A program made the position numbers and the translations under genes. A DNA stretch of 64,000 nt from Escherichia coli (GTDB lineage: Bacteria > Pseudomonadota > Gammaproteobacteria > Enterobacterales > Enterobacteriaceae): NCBI RefSeq assembly GCF_003019035.1, contig NZ_CP027447.1. One strand, 5' to 3'. Under the pieces are notes generated by a model, which was not told the DNA's origin, made no database searches, and worked only from the letters and a program-made list of their open reading frames with translations. This document shows, one piece after another, positions 1 to 12,955 of this stretch. The first letter of the stretch is position 1; every line of letters starts with the position of its first letter.

Positions 1-539
1 GTAATCGGAGACTCGGCCATTAAGCGCATCATCTGCGGCCAGTGATGCCAGAGAAAAAACCCCGTCACGCTGCCAACCAGGATGGTTTTCAAAATTGCTT
101 TAAGTAACTCCGCGCCAGTCTGAGCCGAGAACATCCGTTTAATGCCCGGTAGCGGGTTGAGTTTGGAAAACTTCGGCTGCAAGGATTTGCCGCTAAATAC
201 CAGCCCTCCCAGCATGACCGGAGAAATGAGCGCCACCAGTACCACGCCGCTAATCAGTGGCAGCAGCGCCAGCATGGCTTCTCTGATCAGCAGAATAATC
301 TGCCCGAGGATCAGATTCGGGTCATTGATAATACTGTGATCAAAATGCAGCCCAGCGGAGAGCATGCCCGACAATCGACGGGCCAGCGACACACCGCCAA
401 ACCAGATAACACTCACGCCCACTAACAAAATCAGCAGCGAGGTCAGTTCACGGGAACGCGGGATTTGCCCCTCTTCCCGCGCTTTTTCTAGTCGGTGAGG
501 TGTGGGGGCTTCTGTTTTGTCGTCGCTCTCGTCAGACAC
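1..539 (-). CDS. flhB: Flagellar export apparatus protein FlhB, N-terminal part (gene continues beyond window start)
   Basis: Reverse-strand translation from GTG at 539 reads VSDESDDKTEAPTPHRLEKAREEGQIPRSRELTSLL..., recognisable as FlhB N-terminus; not in ORF track because it runs off the window edge. Confidence 0.85.
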   Translation of the reverse strand, partial: MSDESDDKTEAPTPHRLEKAREEGQIPRSRELTSLLILLVGVSVIWFGGVSLARRLSGMLSAGLHFDHSIINDPNLILGQIILLIREAMLALLPLISGVVLVALISPVMLGGLVFSGKSLQPKFSKLNPLPGIKRMFSAQTGAELLKAILKTILVGSVTGFFLWHHWPQMMRLMAESPI

Positions 540-775
540 GTCGCCAATCCTGGAAAGAGTATTAAGCGTAAATGATGCCAGAGCGCAAAGCGTTCAATGG
601 TTTGAGTAAGGGGCAAAACAGGCGGGATTTAGGGCGTTTATGCAAAAAATAGGTTCAGTTGCAGAACGTTTTGCGAACCATTTTCCAGTTCTGAGATTTA
701 GCCATTTAGCCTATAGAATCGCCCACCGCCTCTCTGTTAGTTTGCTAATAATTAAATTATTACAAAGGCGATCAA

Positions 776-2284
776 ATGGAATGGCAACAATTGCTTAACT
801 GCAACCGTCGGAAAGATAATCTAAAAAAAACCAGCATAGAATTTTTACATCCCCTTGCTAGCGGAAGACAAGAGATCGAGCGGGATTACGACCGATTACT
901 TTTTGCTGCGCCAACTCGTCGGCTTGCGGATAAAACACAAGTTTTCCCGTTAGATCAAAATGACAGTATACGGACGAGGCTGACTCATTCTCACGAAGTA
1001 GCAAACTTTGCTCGCGGAATAGGAATGAGACTCGCTTTCGAGATGAAGGAACACATCTTTGGCGAAATACCCACGGGGATTGTCGTTGAACGCGACGTTC
1101 CTGCTCTGTTAGCAGCGATCGGACTGGCACACGATCTCGGTAATCCACCATTTGGGCATCAAGGTGAAGCAGCGATGCGCGCATGGTTTAATAAAAATCT
1201 TCCAGGCCTTCTTGATAAAGAAGTAAACAGCGAAATATATAACGACTTTCTGCAATTTGATGGAAACTCACAAACCCTGCGCCTGGTTACCAAATTACAA
1301 ATTATTAACGATAACTTTGGTCTGAATCTGACCTATGCCACGCTGGCTGCACTGATCAAATATCCCCGAGCTTCATATTCATCGGACAAACATTGGAAAA
1401 AGCACGGTTTTTTCTATTCTGAGCATGAGGTTGTCATGGATGTCTGGCAACAAACGGGCCTTGGCGTACCAGGTAATGATGCCGGTTGCCGCCACCCATT
1501 TACCTGGATAATGGAAGCTTGCGACGATATTGCCTACTCTGTGCTGGACGCAGAAGATACCATCAAGAAAGGATTTGCCTCATACCAGGATTTGCGTGAT
1601 TTTTTGATGTCACAATCCGAGCCGAACGATGTAATTCAACATGTTATTGAAGCTGTAGAGGCCAAAAATGACGCCTGGAAAGAGCAAAGAAATGCACTTT
1701 CACCGGCGGAAATTAATGAACTCAGTATGCAAATGTTCAGAGTTTATGCCACCAGTGCATTGATTAATGCCGTAGTAGAAGCCTTTCGCGAACAATTACC
1801 CACGCTGATGCAGCGTGACTGCCCGTTCAAAGATTTAATCTCGCAAAGCAAAGGTCACGCTCTCTGCACTGCCCTGAAAATGTTCGACCGAACACGAGGC
1901 TACTTTCATCGTTCAGTCTTGCAACTGGAACTTAGGGGATCTAATTACATTACTAACTTGATGGATATGCTCTGGATTGGCATCCATGGACACAAAACAA
2001 AGAAAGAACGAGACGGAGAACGCGAGTCCGCGTCTACAGATAACCTTTTTGTTTCTCGTGAAGAATACCTGTCGGATACTCCCTTTGGTCGCTATGCTTA
2101 CGGGACAATCTCTGAAAATTATCGCCGTGTGTTTGAAGATCCCGCCAATACACTCCCTATTCTTTATAAAGAAGCGCAGTTGCTTACCGACGCAATCTCA
2201 GGCATGACGGATAGTTATTTAATGCGCCTTCACGATGAGCTAAAATCACTGTATGAATGTGGTCTCAAACACCCAACAGCTTGA
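776..2284 (+). CDS. Dgt-family HD-domain deoxynucleoside triphosphate triphosphohydrolase homologue (dGTPase-like), accessory copy
   Basis: 502-aa ORF with AAGG RBS about 9 nt upstream; motifs TRLTHSHEV, LAHDLGNPPFGH, TWIMEACDDIAYSVLDAED and C-terminal ISGMTDSY align with E. coli Dgt motifs as I recall them; local GC about 35-42%. Confidence 0.8.
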   Translation: MEWQQLLNCNRRKDNLKKTSIEFLHPLASGRQEIERDYDRLLFAAPTRRLADKTQVFPLDQNDSIRTRLTHSHEVANFARGIGMRLAFEMKEHIFGEIPTGIVVERDVPALLAAIGLAHDLGNPPFGHQGEAAMRAWFNKNLPGLLDKEVNSEIYNDFLQFDGNSQTLRLVTKLQIINDNFGLNLTYATLAALIKYPRASYSSDKHWKKHGFFYSEHEVVMDVWQQTGLGVPGNDAGCRHPFTWIMEACDDIAYSVLDAEDTIKKGFASYQDLRDFLMSQSEPNDVIQHVIEAVEAKNDAWKEQRNALSPAEINELSMQMFRVYATSALINAVVEAFREQLPTLMQRDCPFKDLISQSKGHALCTALKMFDRTRGYFHRSVLQLELRGSNYITNLMDMLWIGIHGHKTKKERDGERESASTDNLFVSREEYLSDTPFGRYAYGTISENYRRVFEDPANTLPILYKEAQLLTDAISGMTDSYLMRLHDELKSLYECGLKHPTA

Positions 2285-3005
2285 ACAGCGTATCGCCGAT
2301 TTTTTTACGCTTAGTGATGAGCATAAGAAAGCCAGAGTATTACTTGATACTCTGGCCTGTTCCTGTCCGGCCTGGATTTTTGGCGGGATGGTGCGTGACT
2401 TAGGCTTGTTTGGCGTCGAGGGATTCTCTTCAGACCTTGATATCGTCATCGGTCGCTCCCGTGAGGAACTCTTCCGGACATTGGCTGAACTGCCCGTCAA
2501 ACAACTGCGTTTTAATAAGTTCGGTGGGATCCGTTTTCGTTATCACGACTTCGAATTTGATATCTGGAACCTCAATGAGACATGGGCATTTCGGGAAAAA
2601 CTTATATTTTGTGAGGATGAATCAAGTCTGTTAAACACTACGCTGATGAGTTGGGATGCCGTGCTCTATGATCTACGTAGTGAAAAAATTATCAGTAAAG
2701 ATAATTATTTGACCGACTTAAATCGCAGACATCTTGAACTTGTTCTTCATACTAACCCCAATCCAAGCGGTTCGGTAACGAAAATTTTACGCACTATTTT
2801 TACTAAGCAGGTAAAGAGTTTAGGTCCGGAACTCTGTCATTTCTTGCACCATGAACTGACGAAAAAACGTTATGAAGTTTGGCATCATTACGATGTACTG
2901 CACTACCAGTCATCGTCATTTTCTCGTTCACAATTTAATGCGTTGATAAATTTACTGGCGCAACAATCACGCTTCGCTGATCTAAAATTATCAAATTACA
3001 AATAA
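2253..3005 (+). CDS. Pol-beta superfamily nucleotidyltransferase-like protein (tRNA-NT/poly(A) polymerase head-like motif), unknown function
   Basis: 250-aa ORF overlapping the upstream gene by 32 nt; motif WIFGGMVRDLGLFGVEGFSSDLDIVIG resembles the GGxVRD...DxD head motif of CCA-adding enzymes and PcnB; the rest has no recognisable body/tail domain. Confidence 0.65.
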   Translation: MNVVSNTQQLEQRIADFFTLSDEHKKARVLLDTLACSCPAWIFGGMVRDLGLFGVEGFSSDLDIVIGRSREELFRTLAELPVKQLRFNKFGGIRFRYHDFEFDIWNLNETWAFREKLIFCEDESSLLNTTLMSWDAVLYDLRSEKIISKDNYLTDLNRRHLELVLHTNPNPSGSVTKILRTIFTKQVKSLGPELCHFLHHELTKKRYEVWHHYDVLHYQSSSFSRSQFNALINLLAQQSRFADLKLSNYK

Positions 3006-3049
3006 CCATCCTCCACATACTTCCTGAACGATACCCGCCCCCCTGCTAT

Positions 3050-3074
3050 CGGCCTGGCATCATCGCGCAGGCCG
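3050..3074. other. 7-bp inverted repeat hairpin (CGGCCTG-N11-CAGGCCG) between the cassette 3' end and the cheZ stop
   Basis: Perfect inverted repeat read in sequence; no flanking T-run on either strand, so not a canonical intrinsic terminator. Confidence 0.3.
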
Positions 3075-3092
3075 AAGTTAAGGCAATACAAA

Positions 3093-3737
3093 TCAAAATC
3101 CAAGACTATCCAACAAATCGTCCACCTGATCCTGACTGGCTACCACACCGGCTTTGCTGGTATCGACCTGAGGTCCATTAAGCAAACTCTGGTTTTCACG
3201 TTTTGGACGCGACTCCTGTTCCGGGATGTTTTCCAACAGCACCATCAGCAACTGACGTTCGATCTCCTGAATGACATCCATCATCCGCTTAATGACCTGC
3301 CCGGTGAGATCCTGAAAATCCTGCGCCATCATGATTTCCAGCAGTTGCGCGTTAGTAAAGCTGGTATGCACGGGGACATCTACCAGAAATTGCCGCGTAT
3401 CTGTTACCAGTTCTCGGGCGTCGGCAAGGTCGATCGGATCGGCAAACCAGTCATCCCAACGTTGGGTTAACGCTTTTGCTGATTTCTCCATTTGATCCTG
3501 ATGCGGTTGTGACGCCTCAACACTGTTCAGCGCCCGCTCCGCAGCCTGGGCGGTCATCTGCACAACATAGTACAAACGATCGCGCGCATCGGGGATGGCT
3601 TCCGCCGCTTCGGCAATGGCCTGATCCAGCCCCAGCTCCCGCAAACTGTCGCGCAGCATACGCGTCAGGCTGCCGATGCGCGCAATGATATCGCCAGCTG
3701 AATGCTCGTCAGCAGGTTTGATTGATGGTTGCATCAT
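3093..3737 (-). CDS. cheZ: Chemotaxis phosphatase CheZ
   Basis: Translation [24 protein letters not shown]... to ...DDLLDSLGF matches E. coli CheZ; start taken at MMQP inside the longer track ORF. Confidence 0.95.
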   Translation of the reverse strand: MMQPSIKPADEHSAGDIIARIGSLTRMLRDSLRELGLDQAIAEAAEAIPDARDRLYYVVQMTAQAAERALNSVEASQPHQDQMEKSAKALTQRWDDWFADPIDLADARELVTDTRQFLVDVPVHTSFTNAQLLEIMMAQDFQDLTGQVIKRMMDVIQEIERQLLMVLLENIPEQESRPKRENQSLLNGPQVDTSKAGVVASQDQVDDLLDSLGF

Positions 3738-3747
3738 AGTCGCATCC

Positions 3748-5201
<1,454 letters not shown>

Positions 5202-5203
5202 CG

Positions 5204-6064
5204 TTAATCCTTACTTAGCGCATACACCGTCTGACCACGCAGCGTGAAGCGGCGCTCAAGGTGGCTAAAGTTTTCAGAGTGACCCGCAAACAGCAATCCG
5301 TCGGGTTTAAGGAGCGGAACAAAGCGGCGCAAAATCTCCTGCTGGGTAGTTTGATCGAAGTAGATCATGACGTTACGACAGAAGATCGCATCAAACGGCC
5401 CCGGCACGGTGTACTGTTTCGCCAGTAAATTCAGCGGGGCAAAATCAACATAGTTCGCCAGCTCCTGACGCACGCGTACCAGCCCTTCATGCGGTCCCGT
5501 CCCTCGCATGAAATACCGTTGCAGTTGCTGCGGCGTCAGGTTTTTCAACTCTTCATGGCGATAAATACCGCTTCTGGCTTTTTCCAGCACTTCGGTGTCG
5601 ATATCGCTGGCAAACACTTTCCAGCGTCCGGGCACGGTGCCCAATGTGTCAGCCAGCGTCATCGCAATGCTGTACGGCTCTTCGCCGGTCGAAGCCGCCG
5701 CGCTCCATACGCGATACTCGCCAGAACGGCGACGTGCGTGATCCGCGAGCAGAGGAAAATGATGCGCCTCACGGAAAAATGCCGTCAGATTCGTGGTCAG
5801 CGAATTGATAAACGCCTGCCACTCACCGCTGTGCTGATTAGATTCCAGCAAGTTCAGGTAATGACCGAAATCCGTCAGTCCCAGCGAACGCAAACGACGA
5901 ACCAGTCGGTTGTAAACCATGTCGCGTTTATGGTCGGCCAGGACGATCCCGGCTCGTTGATAGATCAATTGACTTATCCGCCGAAAATGCGCGTCGGAAA
6001 GCGCCAGGCGCTCGGTCATCTGTAACAATAAAGACGTTTGCCCACAGGGCAGAGATGAAGTCAT
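5204..6064 (-). CDS. cheR: Chemotaxis methyltransferase CheR
   Basis: 286-aa ORF matching CheR. Confidence 0.95.
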
Positions 6065-6082
6065 AGCGCCTTCTCAATCACT

Positions 6083-7684
6083 TCAGGATACCACTGGCGC
6101 AATTTGTAACTGCGCCGACTCATGTCGTGCTACTTCATGCTCTTCAAGGGTAAATACCGCCACGCGCGACGAAAGATGGTCGGCCTGATTCGCCAGTTGT
6201 TCTGTTGCCACCGCCGCTTCTTCTACCAGGGAGGCGTTCTGCTGTGTCACCTGATCCATCTGGCTGACAGCCTGTGCAACCTGCTCAATCCCCCGCCGTT
6301 GTTCTTCCGAGGCCGAAGCAATTTCTCCCATAATGTCGTTCACGCGGGTCACCGAACTGACAATATCAGTCATGGTCGCGGCGGCGTTATTCACCAGTTT
6401 CGAACCCTGCTGGACACGATTGACTGACTCTTCGATCAGCCCTTTGATCTCTTTTGCTGCCTGGGCGCTACGGCTGGCAAGATTGCGCACTTCACCTGCC
6501 ACTACCGCAAAACCACGCCCCTGCTCTCCGGCGCGAGCCGCTTCCACTGCCGCATTCAGGGCCAGAATATTGGTCTGGAAAGCAATGCCGTCGATAACGC
6601 TGATAATGTCGCCAATTTTTTGCGAGCTGGTGGCGATCTCCTGCATGGTGTGAGTCATGGTACTGACCTGAACACCGCCCGCCTGTGCCGTTGTCGCGGC
6701 ATTTTTTGCCAGTTCCGACGCCTGGCGCGCGTTATCGGCGTTTTGCCCTACCGTGGCGGTTAATTGCTCCATACTGGCGGCCGTTTGTGCCAGCGATGCC
6801 GCCTGCTGTTCGGTACGACTTGAGAGATCGTTATTGCCTGCGACAATCTCCGCGATACCAATGTGCATCTCCTGGCTTCCCTTACGCACATCACTTACCG
6901 TCCCACGCAAAGCCTGCTGCATGGTCTTCAGACTGGCAAAAATGGCGGTGATCTCATTGCGACCATACACCGCAATCGGACGCGCCAGATTACCCGCAGC
7001 AATGCTGTCAAAATGGCTACCGATAATGGCCAGTGGTTGAACAATCATCTTGCGCGTCCACCACAGCGCACTGCTGATGTAGATCGCCGCAACAATAATC
7101 ATGCTGATAAACACCAGCGCCGAAATCTGATAGTTACGCTGGCTTTGCGCACTGGCAGCTTCCAGCACATGGTTGATCTCCAGCTGCCAGGCCTCAAAGT
7201 TAACGTCAAACGCATTCTGTGATTCCTGCACCGGCGCAGTGAGGAAATCCGAAAGTTGATTACTTTCAAGCCAGGTCGCCTGATGTTCGAGATCGTTGTG
7301 CCAGCGGGCAAAACTTTTCTCCGTCTCTTTTTGCAACGCCCTGACGTGCTCGTTGCCCGCAGTCATCGCCATAAAACTTTTAAACAGCGTGGTGGATTGC
7401 GTCAGACTGGCGCGCGCCGTCGTCATCAACGTTTTAATGTCATCCGCCGGATAGCTAAGCGCCGTCAGAGTGCCCGCTTTGTTCAGCGCGGTACTGGCCT
7501 GTAACATTACCGCCCGAGTTTGCGCTAAAGCCGCACGTTGCTGATTGCTCTGCTCGACCTGATTCAGTCGTTGCACATCGTCGCGAAATGCCCAAAAAGA
7601 CATGCCGTTACTGCCAATCTGCAAGATCCCGCAGAGAATCAAAATTAAAAACAGCGTGGTCGAAATTCGAATACGATTAAACAT
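6083..7684 (-). CDS. tap: Methyl-accepting chemotaxis protein IV (dipeptide/pyrimidine receptor) Tap
   Basis: ORF MFNRIRISTTLFLILILCG... with conserved MCP signalling domain; start at second Met of track ORF. Confidence 0.93.
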   Translation of the reverse strand: MFNRIRISTTLFLILILCGILQIGSNGMSFWAFRDDVQRLNQVEQSNQQRAALAQTRAVMLQASTALNKAGTLTALSYPADDIKTLMTTARASLTQSTTLFKSFMAMTAGNEHVRALQKETEKSFARWHNDLEHQATWLESNQLSDFLTAPVQESQNAFDVNFEAWQLEINHVLEAASAQSQRNYQISALVFISMIIVAAIYISSALWWTRKMIVQPLAIIGSHFDSIAAGNLARPIAVYGRNEITAIFASLKTMQQALRGTVSDVRKGSQEMHIGIAEIVAGNNDLSSRTEQQAASLAQTAASMEQLTATVGQNADNARQASELAKNAATTAQAGGVQVSTMTHTMQEIATSSQKIGDIISVIDGIAFQTNILALNAAVEAARAGEQGRGFAVVAGEVRNLASRSAQAAKEIKGLIEESVNRVQQGSKLVNNAAATMTDIVSSVTRVNDIMGEIASASEEQRRGIEQVAQAVSQMDQVTQQNASLVEEAAVATEQLANQADHLSSRVAVFTLEEHEVARHESAQLQIAPVVS

Positions 7685-7729
7685 CAACGCTCCCCATCAG
7701 GCGGCAATGACCGCGTTAGTAAATACTCG

Positions 7730-9391
7730 TCAAAATGTTTCCCAGTTTGGATCTTGTTCAGCAATTCGCAGTCGTGGCTGTGCCGGTGGTTGCTCACTGG
7801 CAGGACGGGATGGTGTTTGCGGTTTATTGGTGAGTGGGCTGGCTGTCAGACGGAACGCGGAAACCGCTTGCGTTAAACGACTCGCCTGTTCTTCCAGCGC
7901 AGCTGCGGCGGCAGCTGATTCCTGCACCAGCGATGCGTTCTGTTGCGTGACGCGATCCATTTCCGAAACCGCCAATGCGACTTGATCGATGCCACGGCTC
8001 TGTTCATCCGATGCTGATGCAATCTCGCCCATAATGTCAGTCACGCGGGTGACAGCATTGACGATATTGTTCATTGTTTCCCCGGCGCTTTCGACCAGCA
8101 CCGAACCGGTATCAACGCGCGAGACGGAGTCTTCAATGAGGGCTTTGATCTCTTTTGCCGCCTGGGCGCTGCGACTGGCAAGATTACGCACTTCGCCCGC
8201 CACCACGGCAAAACCACGGCCTTGTTCACCCGCTCGCGCGGCTTCAACCGCGGCATTCAGCGCGAGGATATTAGTCTGGAAGGCAATACCGTCGATAACG
8301 CTGATAATGTCGGCAATTTTCTTCGAACTATCGGCGATCTCATGCATCGTTTTCACTACGCCATCCACCACTTTGCCGCCGTGCTGGGCGGTGTCGGAGG
8401 CACTTTGCGCCAGTTGCGAGGCCTGGCGGGCGTTATCGGCGTTTTGCTTCACTGTCGCGGTGAGCTGCTCCATGCTGGCGGCAGTTTCTTCCAGCGCGGA
8501 TGCCTGCTGTTCAGTACGGGAGGAAAGATCGGTGTTGCCCGCCGCAATTTCACGGGTACCGGCATAGATGGCATCTGAACCTTCGCGCACATGAGTGACG
8601 GTGTCAGTCAAAGAGCGTTGCATATGTGAAACACTCTGCGCCAGGTCGCCCATTTCACTGCGCCCGTCAATGGTCAGGGTATTCGCCAGGTTACCACCGG
8701 CAATTTCGCGAATATGCGCAATAATTTTTGCCAGCGGTGTAAGCAACATACGGCGAATGCCGTACCACGCCACCAGCAGAATCAATATCACCACCAGCGC
8801 GATAACCGCCAGTTGCCACTGGGCAAATCGGTAATCATCTGCGTTGTCAGTGACGATATCGCGATACAGTTTTTCACTGCTGAGGGCGTACTGAGCAAAC
8901 GCTTCGCCCATTGCATTTTGCATTCCCTGGGTTGGCTGAGCGAAATAAGCTCCAGTATTGCCATAATCAAGATAATCAATCAGTTCAGTTAACGCTGTGT
9001 GATAGTTTTTATATTTTTCATCAATATTACGACTGGTAGCGACCATTTCAGGTAACGGTGCCATGCTTTTGAATTTTTTATAATGCGTCGCTGCCTGGGC
9101 CAATGTTTTCCTGGCGCTATCGAGCAATTCAACTTTGGCATTACTTTGCTGATTGGATGAATCCATCATCATCCGCACCGCTGAACGACTCAGGTTAATG
9201 CGCGTTTGCAGCATTAAATCCCATGTAGACGTCAGCTCGCCCTGCTGTTCCCGTAATTGATTGGAAACCACAAAGCTCTTCTGGCTATGGTGAAGGGAAG
9301 AAAAAAACAGACTGCCGGAAATAAGCTGTAACAGTGCGAATACCCCCAGCACCATTACCAACAGCGTGACTACGCGGATACGGTTAATCAT
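7730..9391 (-). CDS. tar: Methyl-accepting chemotaxis protein II (aspartate receptor) Tar
   Basis: [25 protein letters not shown]... ending NWETF pentapeptide; start at MINRIR within track ORF. Confidence 0.93.
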   Translation of the reverse strand: MINRIRVVTLLVMVLGVFALLQLISGSLFFSSLHHSQKSFVVSNQLREQQGELTSTWDLMLQTRINLSRSAVRMMMDSSNQQSNAKVELLDSARKTLAQAATHYKKFKSMAPLPEMVATSRNIDEKYKNYHTALTELIDYLDYGNTGAYFAQPTQGMQNAMGEAFAQYALSSEKLYRDIVTDNADDYRFAQWQLAVIALVVILILLVAWYGIRRMLLTPLAKIIAHIREIAGGNLANTLTIDGRSEMGDLAQSVSHMQRSLTDTVTHVREGSDAIYAGTREIAAGNTDLSSRTEQQASALEETAASMEQLTATVKQNADNARQASQLAQSASDTAQHGGKVVDGVVKTMHEIADSSKKIADIISVIDGIAFQTNILALNAAVEAARAGEQGRGFAVVAGEVRNLASRSAQAAKEIKALIEDSVSRVDTGSVLVESAGETMNNIVNAVTRVTDIMGEIASASDEQSRGIDQVALAVSEMDRVTQQNASLVQESAAAAAALEEQASRLTQAVSAFRLTASPLTNKPQTPSRPASEQPPAQPRLRIAEQDPNWETF

Positions 9392-9422
9392 AAGGCACCT
9401 TCCTGAAAACAAGTTGATCTCG

Positions 9423-9449
9423 TTATCGGCAAGGAAGGGGGAAACTTTA
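9423..9449 (-). promoter_or_regulatory. Sigma-28 (FliA) class 3 promoter upstream of tar
   Basis: Minus strand reads TAAAGTTT-N11-GCCGATAA, an exact match to the sigma-28 consensus. Confidence 0.7.
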
Positions 9450-9476
9450 TTGCTGATGCCACCCGCCGCGAAATTG

Positions 9477-9507
9477 AAATAAAAAACCCGATGCGCAGAT
9501 CATCGGG
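9477..9507 (-). terminator. Intrinsic terminator downstream of cheW
   Basis: Hairpin CCCGATG...CATCGGG followed by a T-run on the minus strand. Confidence 0.6.
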
Positions 9508-9535
9508 TTCATTTCAATTGAGGAAATCGGGAGAA

Positions 9536-10039
9536 TTACGCCACTTCTGACGCCGCGCTATCTAACAGCGCCATCTCTTCGCTGTTCAGCAGTTTTTCGA
9601 TGTTCACCAGAATCAACATCCGGTCGCCCAGTGCGCCCAGTCCAGTGAGATATTCGGTTGAAAGCGTCACGGCAAATTCCGGTGCCGGACGAATTTGCTC
9701 CGCCGTCAATGAAAGCACGTCTGAAACGCCGTCAACCACGATGCCGACCACCCGCTGTCCGAGATTCAGGACGATAACTACCGTGTTGTCGTTATAGTCC
9801 ACATCCACCTGGCTGAACTTAATTCGTAAGTCAACAATCGGCACAATAACGCCGCGCAGATTCGTGACGCCTTTGATAAACGCTGGCGTGTTCGCAATCC
9901 GTGTCACCTGATCGTAGCCACGGATCTCCTGCACTTTCAGAATATCAATACCGTACTCTTCATCACCAAGGGTAAATACCAGAAATTCCTGGCCTGACGG
10001 CTCGCTGGCCAGCTTTGTTACATTCGTCATACCGGTCAT
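9536..10039 (-). CDS. cheW: Chemotaxis coupling protein CheW
   Basis: 167-aa [45 protein letters not shown]... matches CheW. Confidence 0.96.
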
Positions 10040-10059
10040 ATTGTTACCTTTTTACTCAT

Positions 10060-12951
<2,892 letters not shown>

Positions 12952-12955
<4 letters not shown>

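Noticed and set aside
858-1184. 108-aa minus-strand ORF inside the Dgt-like gene, plus small ORFs at 1977-2207, 2246-2500 and 2410-2634
   Set aside because: All lie within or overlap the two long plus-strand cassette ORFs in other frames; no independent start signals; likely shadow ORFs.
540-3092. Target-site duplications or IS/transposon ends flanking the flhB-cheZ insertion
   Set aside because: I compared about 100 bp at each boundary by eye and found no convincing direct or inverted repeats; a proper alignment to a K-12 junction is needed, so mobility mechanism is left unassigned.
6122-9000. Numerous 60-200-aa ORFs on the plus strand across tap and tar (e.g. 7989-8567, 8222-8578)
   Set aside because: Antisense to well-supported MCP genes; Ala/Arg-rich translations typical of GC-rich shadow frames.
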